A DNA stretch of 64,000 nt from sequence record PZ445442.1; one strand, 5' to 3'. Each line of letters begins with the position of its first letter. The stretch's first letter is position 1. Position numbers and translations under genes: made by a program. The DNA is from a phage. This document shows, in pieces, positions 37,485 through 46,296 of this stretch. The notes under the pieces are model-generated. The model saw nothing but the letters and a program-made list of their open reading frames with translations. It made no database searches and had not been told where the DNA came from.

Positions 37485-37754
37485 TTATTCCTCTACAATC
37501 TCATACACATCAGGAGTTACAATCAACTCTTCTCCGTTACCAGGTGCAACAAACACCACCAAACCTTCAGGTGTGTGCTTTTTAGCCATCTCGATAACAT
37601 CTTCCCGCAGAGCTGGCTCCATCAGATCAAAACCTTCACCCAGGGCATCACGAACCACCTTCATATAGTCCACTGGTTGTGCTTCAACAATCATGCCTTC
37701 AACCAGACCACAATTTTTGTCTGCCAGCTCAGTTTTGAATAATTTAATTTTCAT
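37485..37754 (-). CDS. hypothetical protein
   Basis: Track ORF. Confidence 0.5.
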   Translation of the reverse strand: MKIKLFKTELADKNCGLVEGMIVEAQPVDYMKVVRDALGEGFDLMEPALREDVIEMAKKHTPEGLVVFVAPGNGEELIVTPDVYEIVEE

Positions 37755-37780
37755 TTGGAGGTCTCCTCAATTATTTGATA

Positions 37781-37882
37781 TTAATAGCCGTAACCTAACA
37801 CATTAACTACAACTGCGATTGCAAACATAATTTCAAAGCATGCAATCTCTACATTTGGGACTAATTTCTTAATCACACCCAT
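37781..37882 (-). CDS. small hydrophobic peptide (33 aa)
   Basis: Minus-strand ATG after GAGGTG SD; MGVIKKLVPNVEIACFEIMFAIAVVVNVLGYGY; below track cutoff. Confidence 0.3.
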   Translation of the reverse strand: MGVIKKLVPNVEIACFEIMFAIAVVVNVLGYGY

Positions 37883-37891
37883 TGTAGCACC

Positions 37892-38209
37892 TCATTCTCC
37901 AAAGTCAATCTTTACTTTGCCTTTCCCCTTACCTTTCTTTCCACCGCATTTAGCCAGCTGACGTGCTGCAACATCTACCATACGGTCAGTTGCCTCGTAA
38001 GCATCACTGCCTTTAGCCTTGGCAATAACTTCTTTTCCAGAATTGTCAAAAATGAACGCCATAACTTCCTGGTGATCATTTTCAACTTTTACACTCACAC
38101 GTGCATAGTTGGCAGAGGGGTGCAAACGCTCCAGCTTAGACATTTTGTGGGAAATGAAAGACACCATACCTTCAGTGATTTCTACGTTGCCAGTGATTTC
38201 AATTTGCAT
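37892..38209 (-). CDS. hpf: ribosome hibernation promoting factor (HPF/RaiA/YfiA family) homolog
   Basis: MQIEITGNVEITEGM...KLERL...VSVKVE...AKAKGSDAYEATDRMVDVAARQLAK aligns by eye along its length with E. coli HPF/YfiA (MQLNITGNNVEITEALREFV..KLEQ...VVLKVE...AEGQDMYAAIDGLIDKLARQLTK); Lys/Gly-rich tail is extra. Confidence 0.75.
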   Translation of the reverse strand: MQIEITGNVEITEGMVSFISHKMSKLERLHPSANYARVSVKVENDHQEVMAFIFDNSGKEVIAKAKGSDAYEATDRMVDVAARQLAKCGGKKGKGKGKVKIDFGE

Positions 38210-38291
38210 AACGTGTTCCTTTTAAAGAAGAGGGAACCAAACCCTCTTTGAAAACAATGATACTAAATCTGAAGCGTTGTGTCAACAGTTT

Positions 38292-38582
38292 TTACAGCTT
38301 GTTGTCGATAGTTCTTAAAATATCTACAGCAAGATCTGCCATTTTTCGAACATACTCTGCAAACTCAACAGGATCCTTGATCGAAGAATTCACAGGGTCG
38401 TACCCTAGAGCGTTCAAAATGGCTGCAGCATCTACAACCTTCTCATCATTTGCGAAGATCTCTCCGTCAAACTTGTAGGTCCATTTTGAGTCAACCTTAG
38501 CAGAGCAGGGTTTGTCCATGCTTGTTACACCATCGTCTTTAAACTCTCCTGCGTTATCAATATTTAGAATTAAATCCATCAT
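38292..38582 (-). CDS. hypothetical protein
   Basis: Track ORF. Confidence 0.5.
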   Translation of the reverse strand: MMDLILNIDNAGEFKDDGVTSMDKPCSAKVDSKWTYKFDGEIFANDEKVVDAAAILNALGYDPVNSSIKDPVEFAEYVRKMADLAVDILRTIDNKL

Positions 38583-38599
38583 AGTGACACCTCACTGTT

Positions 38600-38998
38600 T
38601 CAGTTTAGCTTTTCTTCAACAACCCCATAGCTCGGGGCAGAGTCAAGAGCTTTTTGGTTTAAAAGTGGTGTAGCAGAATCTGCAAACGGTGTCCAAGTTT
38701 TTGTTCTGGCATTCCAGTAATGCTTCACTCTGGAATCTGGATGCACTATAACAAAAACTTTTTCACTTGTCAACACATTAATTTCTTCTACACCCTTGCT
38801 GATAATTTCTCCGTCATAGCCTCCAGTCTGGTATCCTTCGTACCAGGTTCTTGCATAGGCATAGCCAGCCTGCCAGCATGCAGCCTCCTCCGAGGTGGAG
38901 ACTACGTAGAAGTCTTTCTCAAATTCCGGAATACGCCCTTGCTTTACGCTCCAAGCTCCGCGAATTTTCATTGTAACTTTGAATAGTTTATTTTTCAC
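38600..38998 (-). CDS. hypothetical protein, paralog family A
   Basis: Track ORF; paralog of 36398..36793. Confidence 0.55.
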   Translation of the reverse strand: MKNKLFKVTMKIRGAWSVKQGRIPEFEKDFYVVSTSEEAACWQAGYAYARTWYEGYQTGGYDGEIISKGVEEINVLTSEKVFVIVHPDSRVKHYWNARTKTWTPFADSATPLLNQKALDSAPSYGVVEEKLN

Positions 38999-39010
38999 AA
39001 CGGTTACCCA

Positions 39011-39295
39011 TCACAGCTCTACAATATCTGCATCTGACCCTGCCCCAAAGGCATAATAGGACTCTTCCCCGAAATAATATTCCGGTGCACCAGCAGCGAT
39101 CAGGTCTGATCCCAAAATAAACACCACGTTGTGGCCTACATAGCTGTGATGTTGCCGCACAGGATCATCCCACGGCAACCCTTCAAAGTATACCGCAGGA
39201 ACGACCTTTCCTTTCAGGAAGGATTGCCCCAAGTAGACGTTAGAATCAAGAATTTTAACCTTCATGATCGTCCTCCACGATCTCCACATCCTCAC
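39011..39295 (-). CDS. hypothetical protein, paralog family B
   Basis: Track ORF; MKVK(I/V/F)LD...GKV......DLIAAGA core shared with 39255..39482 and 43009..43242. Confidence 0.5.
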   Translation of the reverse strand: MRMWRSWRTIMKVKILDSNVYLGQSFLKGKVVPAVYFEGLPWDDPVRQHHSYVGHNVVFILGSDLIAAGAPEYYFGEESYYAFGAGSDADIVEL

Positions 39296-39482
39296 CTAGG
39301 GCAAAGTTGTAGGTCCACTGACTGTCAAAGCAGTCCTGAGATGCACCAGCGGCAATAAGATCTGCCCCTTTTATTTTTAAAAGGTCAGGGTAATCTTCGT
39401 TAGGTACAGCAGTAAACACTTTCCCTACTAAAGGCTCCTGACCAATATAGAAGCTTGAATCTAAAACTTTAACTTTCATCAA
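39255..39482 (-). CDS. hypothetical protein, paralog family B
   Basis: Track ORF; see family B motif. Confidence 0.5.
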   Translation of the reverse strand: MMKVKVLDSSFYIGQEPLVGKVFTAVPNEDYPDLLKIKGADLIAAGASQDCFDSQWTYNFALGEDVEIVEDDHEG

Positions 39483-39766
39483 CGGTCTCCATCAGGTGGT
39501 TGTGGGACGTAAACACTGTTACGAATATCGTCCGCAGTATAGTAATAAGTGTCTCCAACCCTATCTCTGGCTGCAATGTACTCTGCTATACCAATAAGTG
39601 CCATTGATTTGGTGGCGTATCTTCCCAACTCGTTAGCTCCCCAGTAGAATTTAGACCAGTAGGGAATAAGACCGAACAAATATACCTTTTGACGAACTTC
39701 CCAGTAAGTGCCTTTTCCGACAAGTTTAAACTCGACTTCACTACTGTTAATCTTTTTCATTATCAA
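39479..39766 (-). CDS. hypothetical protein
   Basis: Track ORF. Confidence 0.5.
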   Translation of the reverse strand: MIMKKINSSEVEFKLVGKGTYWEVRQKVYLFGLIPYWSKFYWGANELGRYATKSMALIGIAEYIAARDRVGDTYYYTADDIRNSVYVPQPPDGDR

Positions 39767-40059
39767 TCTCCCTCTACCGTGGTCGGATTGTCAGTAAGAA
39801 ATTGAGCATTGGCTGGAGGCACGCCTGACATTTTCCACACAACCATAAGTTTGTAACCCGGCACCCTGTTAAGTGCAGATCGAGTAGAGTTTGTGCACGT
39901 ATACTTTCGCTTTCCAAACCCGTTCTCCATCATAATCCAGTACCCAGTATCTTTGTCACCAGGTATCGGTAGACCACCTTCATCAACCCACTGAATGGAC
40001 CACGGCACGATGGCTACAGCTTTATATTTAAACTTTTTAAACCACTCAAAAAGTTTCAT
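39763..40059 (-). CDS. hypothetical protein
   Basis: Track ORF; the tandem repeat lies immediately upstream. Confidence 0.5.
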   Translation of the reverse strand: MKLFEWFKKFKYKAVAIVPWSIQWVDEGGLPIPGDKDTGYWIMMENGFGKRKYTCTNSTRSALNRVPGYKLMVVWKMSGVPPANAQFLTDNPTTVEGD

Positions 40060-40063
40060 AATT

Positions 40064-40255
40064 CAGCCTCGCATAGACATAATCACTATAAACAGGCAAA
40101 CAATGAATCCGAATGCCACGCCACCCATAAACGTTAATATTGATGCAATCATAGTCAATCAGCCTCGCATAGACATAATCACTATAAACAGGCAAACAAT
40201 GAATCCGAATGCCACGCCACCCATAAACGTTAATATTGATGCAATCATAGTCAAT
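40064..40255. repeat. perfect tandem direct repeat, 2 x 96 bp (plus 9-bp start of a third unit)
   Basis: Unit CAGCCTCGCATAGACATAATCACTATAAACAGGCAAACAATGAATCCGAATGCCACGCCACCCATAAACGTTAATATTGATGCAATCATAGTCAAT appears twice back-to-back; intergenic on the minus strand. Confidence 0.8.
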
Positions 40256-40436
40256 CAGCCTCGCTTGGCAACTCTTCTACCTTAACATGCCGAAAAGTGT
40301 TACCGTAATGGTTGATCCATGACATCAGCTCGCTTTCTTGCTCTTCCTCTGGGATGAACTCTCGAATGCTGACAAGTTTTAAGAAAACCCAATCACAATC
40401 TGCACCCATTCTACCAGACAGGCAATAGTGCTTCAT
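40251..40436 (-). CDS. hypothetical protein
   Basis: Track ORF. Confidence 0.45.
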   Translation of the reverse strand: MKHYCLSGRMGADCDWVFLKLVSIREFIPEEEQESELMSWINHYGNTFRHVKVEELPSEAD

Positions 40437-40454
40437 AAAACCCTCCCGCCTGGT

Positions 40455-40649
40455 TTAGAATATTGCTTCTTCCATTGCGCCTGAGAGCAACAAAGAGGTG
40501 ATCTGGCTAACATTCATCTCAGACTCTACTTCCTCCCCTTTGAAAGGTTCGCGGCAGAATAGGACTGTTTCAGGACTTTTACTTCGAACAATATAATACA
40601 AATCATTCAATGTGTTGTAGTAATAAGTGTTAAAATGTAAGTTTTTCAT
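40455..40649 (-). CDS. hypothetical protein
   Basis: Track ORF. Confidence 0.45.
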   Translation of the reverse strand: MKNLHFNTYYYNTLNDLYYIVRSKSPETVLFCREPFKGEEVESEMNVSQITSLLLSGAMEEAIF

Positions 40650-40933
40650 TTTCTAGTCCTCTTCTTAGATTTTTGTGCAGAAACGCTTTCTGCAATACGA
40701 GACAGGCGTTCTTCTGAAGCTTTACCTATCCCAGGTTTCTTGAGCGGGTTATCTTTATGACCGCAATCCAATTGGATATTGGATACCTCCCCAACCTTGT
40801 AAGTCAATTCTAGCAAAAGGTTGTCGTCCTTGTCAAATGTTCTTACGATAAATTTTTTATCGTTCTCCTGAACTTCATATCTGGTACCTGCAGTATACAA
40901 CATGGTACCATCAGCATAGGATATCCAGATCAT
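40646..40933 (-). CDS. hypothetical protein
   Basis: Track ORF. Confidence 0.5.
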   Translation of the reverse strand: MIWISYADGTMLYTAGTRYEVQENDKKFIVRTFDKDDNLLLELTYKVGEVSNIQLDCGHKDNPLKKPGIGKASEERLSRIAESVSAQKSKKRTRK

Positions 40934-41277
40934 TGAGCCTCCTTCTGCTGCAACAGCATTAACTCTTTGTTAGAGATCTTTACTGCTGTTTTTATTGTTC
41001 CATCTTTACGGAACCACGACCAGAACTCTACAGTGTCCCCACTATCAAGCAAAGCATACCCGTGGTAGAAGTCTTTGTCCTTAGACAGTTTCTCATCTAT
41101 GTCTGCATCGACACATTCATGATCCATAGCATTTTGCCTGAATGCATCGGTTATGCCAATGCACGCCTTGCTCTCAAGACTGGTATATCCGATATCTTTT
41201 AATTCAGTTTCCCAAGTCCAGTACCCTATAAAAGCTAAAACAGCTACCCACAGTAATAACGTTTTAATCTTTGGCAT
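40930..41277 (-). CDS. hypothetical secreted or membrane-anchored protein
   Basis: Track ORF; N-terminal MPKIKTLLLWVAVLAFIGYWTW hydrophobic segment. Confidence 0.5.
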   Translation of the reverse strand: MPKIKTLLLWVAVLAFIGYWTWETELKDIGYTSLESKACIGITDAFRQNAMDHECVDADIDEKLSKDKDFYHGYALLDSGDTVEFWSWFRKDGTIKTAVKISNKELMLLQQKEAQ

Positions 41278-41339
41278 TCTCTCTACCTCTTTCTTAGTTT
41301 ATTTCACTATGGCACATCCTTTGTGCCATATCTCAACTA

Positions 41340-41810
41340 CTACTTAAATAGTAGTTCAAAATAGTGCAAAATTAACAGAAGTTGAACTACACCTAGTGCA
41401 ACGGCAAGTATGTTAATCTTAGAATCGAAAAACTTCTTAACTTTTACTCTAAAAGGTTCCTTAATGTCCTTTACGATCCTATCTATAGATGACCTCATAT
41501 CTCTGATTACCATCCTGAACATTAAAGACGGATGCTCCCCCATCTCTGTAACGGAATCGAAAACATACTCTCTTCGGTCATAAGGGCCGCCAGCTCTGCG
41601 TATTAACCTCTCCACAGAGACCTCGAACGTCACACCTGTAACGTAATCATCTATAACAAGTCGTGACGGGTCTTTACCTTTACTATCAAGAGGTATCAAA
41701 GTTATCTTTCCAGATTTTGTTAAAATTTCCCCTTTTTCAAGCAAGGTGTACCAATGCTCTCTGCCAAGACTGTTGAGGCACGTTTTTACATATTTAACAA
41801 ACATCGTCAC
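41340..41810 (-). CDS. hypothetical protein
   Basis: Track ORF; C-terminal hydrophobic helix. Confidence 0.5.
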   Translation of the reverse strand: MTMFVKYVKTCLNSLGREHWYTLLEKGEILTKSGKITLIPLDSKGKDPSRLVIDDYVTGVTFEVSVERLIRRAGGPYDRREYVFDSVTEMGEHPSLMFRMVIRDMRSSIDRIVKDIKEPFRVKVKKFFDSKINILAVALGVVQLLLILHYFELLFK

Positions 41811-42010
41811 CCCTCATCGCACGTCTGATATAACCACTCTATAAAATCTTGATACCATTCTCCCTCTGAGCGCTCCGTAGGCCAATAATCTTCACCCTCT
41901 CGTGCATTAAAATCTGAGTATTCAACTTTCCACTCCTTTACCAGCTCGTGGAGAAGGTTTTCAGCCTGCTCTAAAGATTTATTTTTTACCATTGCTGTCT
42001 CCTTTTTCAA
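41807..42010 (-). CDS. hypothetical protein
   Basis: Track ORF; start uncertain. Confidence 0.45.
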   Translation of the reverse strand: MKKETAMVKNKSLEQAENLLHELVKEWKVEYSDFNAREGEDYWPTERSEGEWYQDFIEWLYQTCDEG

Positions 42011-42211
42011 GATAGTTATACATCAGAACTGCACCACCTAAGATGGCTACCAGTAACAATACCCCAGATAGCATCTCAATAAACATGGCTTGAAACACTG
42101 GAAGGCCTCCCTAAATTAACGCACCATTTTAAATACATGCTCTTTTCCCATAAAGGTGCCTGGCTAAGATCTGCGTAGAACGCAATCTCTTTAAGAACAG
42201 TATAAACAGTT

Positions 42212-42448
42212 TTAGGTGCGGTCTCCATCCCTACCCTCCTTTTTCTCCTTACGGATATTCTTGTAGTAATCAACCAGGCACATTATCACGATGAAGATAA
42301 CAACAGGCCAAAAAGGTGCAGCAGTGATGATGGTGATAAAATCATCAAACTTCACCCTTCGTCTGGACACGATGCATACACCTGTCAAGAATACCGCTGT
42401 TATAACGGACATTACCAGGTAACCTATTAGCACAACATTTATACTCAT
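42212..42448 (-). CDS. hypothetical membrane protein
   Basis: Track ORF; two hydrophobic helices. Confidence 0.45.
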   Translation of the reverse strand: MSINVVLIGYLVMSVITAVFLTGVCIVSRRRVKFDDFITIITAAPFWPVVIFIVIMCLVDYYKNIRKEKKEGRDGDRT

Positions 42449-42478
42449 TGGTCCTCCCTTTGTAGGTTAAATTGTATA

Positions 42479-43012
42479 CTACGGATGGTTGCTGATGGTG
42501 TTAAGAAAATTATCCCGTTCTTTCTCAGAGTTTTCACGAGTGTAGCTGAAAAACATGTCTAGAATAACCTTATTGATATATTCCAGCTCCTCTGTGTTCA
42601 GGTACTTAGCAGGATCTGCAATGACATCCCAAGTCTCATACAGACCGCACTCATGATACCCCCAACGCTGCTCAATTGTCAAGCTGAGTGGCAAATCTTT
42701 ACCGTCACAAACAACCTTCCATCTACAAATGCTGGTATCTGGGCGTATCTGTGCACGGTATATCTGTACAAAATCCAATTTGAATTTGAGGTACTCGTCA
42801 TACAATTTAAGCACAAAGCTCTCGATTTGTGGAGACACTTTTGCAGCAAACTGTGCGTATTTGTACTTGCACTGGATGATCTTTCTGCGTTTTGCAGTTA
42901 AATTTTTTGCCGCCAGTTGTTCTTCAGTGTATCTCCACCTACGATCAACAAACGCAACAGGGTCTTTGTCCCCATAGAGGTCTTCCCAGTTAATCAGAAG
43001 CATACCTGTCAC
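42479..43012 (-). CDS. hypothetical protein
   Basis: Track ORF. Confidence 0.5.
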   Translation of the reverse strand: MTGMLLINWEDLYGDKDPVAFVDRRWRYTEEQLAAKNLTAKRRKIIQCKYKYAQFAAKVSPQIESFVLKLYDEYLKFKLDFVQIYRAQIRPDTSICRWKVVCDGKDLPLSLTIEQRWGYHECGLYETWDVIADPAKYLNTEELEYINKVILDMFFSYTRENSEKERDNFLNTISNHP

Positions 43013-43242
43013 TCCTCCACAACTTCAAGGCCTTTACCGCCTCGCTCTGGCAGATTACTTAAAGATAGGTAATACATATAATCAGGAGAGATCCTGCCAG
43101 ACTCTGCACCTGCAGCTAGTAAATCCTTCCCTTTAACCAGGACAACATTCTCGTTTGCAGATAGCCGTTTTGCTTCCACAATTTTACCAACACAGTCAAC
43201 CAAGGAAGGGTACCCTAAATCTGTAAGAAATTTAACTTTCAT
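43009..43242 (-). CDS. hypothetical protein, paralog family B
   Basis: Track ORF; MKVKFLTD...VGKIVEA...GKDLLAAGAE. Confidence 0.5.
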   Translation of the reverse strand: MKVKFLTDLGYPSLVDCVGKIVEAKRLSANENVVLVKGKDLLAAGAESGRISPDYMYYLSLSNLPERGGKGLEVVEE

Positions 43243-43281
43243 GCTACCTCCTGCTTCTACCGTCCCTGGTAAGATAAATTA

Positions 43282-43680
43282 TTACTGAACAGAGCGCGGG
43301 GCTGGGAAGGATAACTCTTCTAAAGAGAAGATTTCATTTCCTACCACCCAAGTTGCTGGATCATCTGGGTTGACGGGATAGATAATCATCACCTCGTCAG
43401 TGTTACATACCCGCTTTTTACCTGTGGAGTCATCAGCAACCAGCATGCGCGGTTCTTCAGAAATGCACAGGTAGCCTCCTCGGCCCACTGTTCCTTCCAC
43501 AGGGTCTTGCCCTTTGATCACGATGATTATCTTCTCTCCTGAGGCGATATTACCTTGCACACTCACCGTTTGACCAACCTTGGATGTGCCAATCTTAGTG
43601 ACTTCGAACATTACATCCCGAATTACTGTTGCATAATCGCCAGACACTTTCTTACCTTCTTTAGTGATCTCAATCTTCAT
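43282..43680 (-). CDS. hypothetical protein
   Basis: Track ORF. Confidence 0.5.
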   Translation of the reverse strand: MKIEITKEGKKVSGDYATVIRDVMFEVTKIGTSKVGQTVSVQGNIASGEKIIIVIKGQDPVEGTVGRGGYLCISEEPRMLVADDSTGKKRVCNTDEVMIIYPVNPDDPATWVVGNEIFSLEELSFPAPRSVQ

Positions 43681-43943
43681 ACACTGGGCTCCTTAAATGA
43701 ATCTATGTAATCAATTAAATCCCAAGCATCGCGATGGGCTGTCAGAGGGTATACTTCCCCAAGAGGGATCATGGCAATAAGTCTATCAAAAACCCAATCT
43801 GGACGCAACATTTTATGGTGATATTCCCACTCACCTTCTACAGATTTTTTCTGAGTAATCAGGATCTCTGTGTAGTGTTTCGCCTGTCTTGAGTAAATTG
43901 AGAATGACTTGTACATAAATGACCCCCTTGTTGAGAACAACAA
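43677..43943 (-). CDS. hypothetical protein
   Basis: Track ORF. Confidence 0.5.
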   Translation of the reverse strand: MLFSTRGSFMYKSFSIYSRQAKHYTEILITQKKSVEGEWEYHHKMLRPDWVFDRLIAMIPLGEVYPLTAHRDAWDLIDYIDSFKEPSV

Positions 43944-43950
43944 TACACAA

Positions 43951-44265
43951 CTACCAGGTTACTGTCAAGTAGGCAACCGTGTTATTTTTCTCTGGAGAGA
44001 TGCCGACAACATCTACCTGCAAACCTCCTGCCCTTAAATCTCCAACAATGTGCGGGAAGTAATCTGAGAGATGCGACGGTAGATTTATCGAAAATCCGCA
44101 TCCCAGAAAGCCTGCTAACGCTTTATTTTGTATCTCCCCTACAATCGCATCATAAATGGAGTTAAGCTCGTCAGGGAGCGTTACAGGACGTTTTAGCGCT
44201 AACTGGTGTAATTTGTCCTTAGCACTCATTTTCATTTCAGGTCTACCTCTGGGGGTGCCAACCAC
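43951..44265 (-). CDS. hypothetical protein
   Basis: Track ORF. Confidence 0.5.
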   Translation of the reverse strand: MVGTPRGRPEMKMSAKDKLHQLALKRPVTLPDELNSIYDAIVGEIQNKALAGFLGCGFSINLPSHLSDYFPHIVGDLRAGGLQVDVVGISPEKNNTVAYLTVTW

Positions 44266-44765
44266 ATAAATGGCGGCAAGTCTAAACGGTTTTTCTTATC
44301 CCACACAAAATATGCATATGCTTGCCCGTCAGTTCTACCATTTGATTGAAATGATGGACGCTTAGATATTGTGATCACAGTAGTAGGTGCATTATCAAGC
44401 CACCATTCAAATCTGGCTTTGCTTTCCAGAAAATTAAGACGCAAAAGCATAATAACTACGTCAGCATCTTTCAACGCCTTGTCTACGAACTCACGGGCCA
44501 GACTGTATGGTGGGTTGGTGATAATACAGTCAACATGGTTGTATTCTGTATTCAGATAGTCAACACCTTCTTGGATTTCTCCCCATGCAGATCCTAACGG
44601 CATACGGGAGTAGAACACACCTGAGGCACTATTCCTGCAAGGCTCTAAGTAGGTCCAGTCTTCTGGGAACGGAATAAGGTCATACAGCCCTTCTGCACAC
44701 CACTCCGGTGTCACATACTCATCGTAGGCGTTACGTTGTTCATCAGGTTTTCTAGCACAAGTCAT
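44232..44765 (-). CDS. DNA N6-adenine methyltransferase (small NPPY-type)
   Basis: Catalytic motif IV IITNPPY; compact 177-aa protein. Confidence 0.65.
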   Translation of the reverse strand: MTCARKPDEQRNAYDEYVTPEWCAEGLYDLIPFPEDWTYLEPCRNSASGVFYSRMPLGSAWGEIQEGVDYLNTEYNHVDCIITNPPYSLAREFVDKALKDADVVIMLLRLNFLESKARFEWWLDNAPTTVITISKRPSFQSNGRTDGQAYAYFVWDKKNRLDLPPFMWLAPPEVDLK

Positions 44766-44783
44766 GCAAATCTCCAGATCATA

Positions 44784-44805
44784 AAAGCCCTCCGAAGAGG
44801 GCTTT
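44784..44805 (-). terminator. terminator-like hairpin downstream of ClpP-like gene
   Basis: AAAGCCCTC-CGAA-GAGGGCTTT palindrome with flanking A/T runs. Confidence 0.45.
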
Positions 44806-44816
44806 AGAATTAATGT

Positions 44817-45866
44817 TTAAGCTTCTTCGACAATTCCTGCACCCAGGATTTTTTCATTGAGCTCTTTTGCTGTTTTAATAATATTGTCCACCAGGCGCTT
44901 GCGAGTCTTATCTTTCACCTTAACCTCTTCACCGCCGTTCAGAGTAGTCTTCAATTGAGACAGAATATCCTGAAGTTCAACGACAGAGAATCTCTGCAGA
45001 TCTTCTGAAGTAATCTCACCCAGGGCAATTCTGATGGTCTCGCCACTTTCCATCTGCAGATTCAGGAACACAGTGTGAACATCACCTTTCGAACCACCCG
45101 CTTTTGCAGATTCAACAGCATGAACTAACTCATCTAAAGATGTGCACTGGTGAATCTCCGGGAGACCTGCTTCACCTAACACGCCTTCTTCATCACCTTT
45201 TGCCAGAAGCTTTTTCGGTTTTTGTCCGTTCTGGATGCGTTGTATGTTGCCTTCATCCAGAATAATAGCTCCAGTGCGTGCTGCCAGCTCTTCTCCGTCC
45301 AACCACACTTCGCCACCAGCTGTGATGGATGCGATCTCATCTTCTGTCAGCACCCCACCGTAGTATTTTTCAATCAGGCGTTCAAAACGTTTTTTCCAGT
45401 AGCTGACCTGAGTATTCATGTTCACACCGTTACCATAAGTGCCACCTTGATAGTAGTGGAACATAAACTCTGTGTCCGGAGCCACAGTGCGTTCTTTGCA
45501 ACCCAGCCATAAGATTGTTCCCGCAGAGCAGCACATTCCTTCAGCATGTGCAACAACGCTTGCCTGAGACTCGCGGAATGCCTGCAGATAAGCCATCGCA
45601 ATGTGCACGCAACCACCAGGGCTGTTAATGATCACTCGAATGCTTTCTTCAGGCTGAGCCATACGGATCGTCTGCAGGCGAGACATATGATCCTGCAGGT
45701 CTTCCAAATCGTCGATATAAAGAACGTGGTCAACAACAGGTGTTGGGTAGCTGTATGTTTCCATGATACCGCCCGGCATACCAAACATTTTATTACTCAT
45801 AGGTTCGAAACCGTTCTGTTTCTCTTTCATGCCGTGTACCATGGTGCTGCGAGGTGTTAAATTCAT
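44817..45866 (-). CDS. ClpP-family (S14) serine protease-like protein with long C-terminal extension
   Basis: VIINSPGG, GMCCSAGT and MFHYYQGG match ClpP signature blocks (INSPGG, GQAASMG, MIHQPLGG); about 150 extra charged C-terminal residues. Confidence 0.65.
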   Translation of the reverse strand: MNLTPRSTMVHGMKEKQNGFEPMSNKMFGMPGGIMETYSYPTPVVDHVLYIDDLEDLQDHMSRLQTIRMAQPEESIRVIINSPGGCVHIAMAYLQAFRESQASVVAHAEGMCCSAGTILWLGCKERTVAPDTEFMFHYYQGGTYGNGVNMNTQVSYWKKRFERLIEKYYGGVLTEDEIASITAGGEVWLDGEELAARTGAIILDEGNIQRIQNGQKPKKLLAKGDEEGVLGEAGLPEIHQCTSLDELVHAVESAKAGGSKGDVHTVFLNLQMESGETIRIALGEITSEDLQRFSVVELQDILSQLKTTLNGGEEVKVKDKTRKRLVDNIIKTAKELNEKILGAGIVEEA

Positions 45867-45926
45867 GAGAAATCCTTAATATTGGAAGTTGAAAGCTATT
45901 TATTTAAACCTGATTCACATTTACCT

Positions 45927-46238
45927 TTATTTAGCAATCACTATGGAATACTTACGATTGTCAGAAGCATCACAACTCAATGATTGCCAGTCTACCACAT
46001 ACCACGTATCATTGTCAACAATTACTTTATCGCCTGTTCTGTAGCAAGTGCTGCTTTCAATAATTCGAGACTCGATAAAGAATCTGTGTCGGCGCTCACG
46101 TAGCAACGCTAAGTTAATTATATTACCACCGCTGTCCTTGGTCCACACATTCTTGGATCCTTTATTTGCCAAAATTGTCTCGCCGTTATAGACAAACAGG
46201 CAGTATATTTTATTCAGTTTCTCTTGTATTGTAGCCAT
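45927..46238 (-). CDS. hypothetical protein
   Basis: Track ORF. Confidence 0.5.
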   Translation of the reverse strand: MATIQEKLNKIYCLFVYNGETILANKGSKNVWTKDSGGNIINLALLRERRHRFFIESRIIESSTCYRTGDKVIVDNDTWYVVDWQSLSCDASDNRKYSIVIAK

Positions 46239-46267
46239 ACTGTCCTTCTCTCTGTTTTGTCCGATAA

Positions 46268-46296
46268 TAATATCTAAAGCTTACCTATTTGTCAAC
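46268..46296 (-). promoter_or_regulatory. sigma70-type promoter on minus strand (TTGACA-N17-TATTAT)
   Basis: Seen on the plus strand as ATAATA...TGTCAA; sits between phoH and the next leftward gene. Confidence 0.5.

Noticed and set aside
40064-40264. CRISPR array
   Set aside because: Only two long (96-bp) identical units back-to-back with no spacers; no repeat-spacer architecture anywhere in the window.
39995-40285. Plus-strand ORF 39995..40285 with internally repeated protein sequence
   Set aside because: It is simply the translation of the 96-bp tandem DNA repeat, lies antisense to the local gene direction and has no SD.
42076-42273. Minus-strand ORF 42076..42273
   Set aside because: Overlaps ORF 42212..42448 and a possible small hydrophobic ORF near 41990-42097; coding status could not be decided from sequence alone, so left unannotated.
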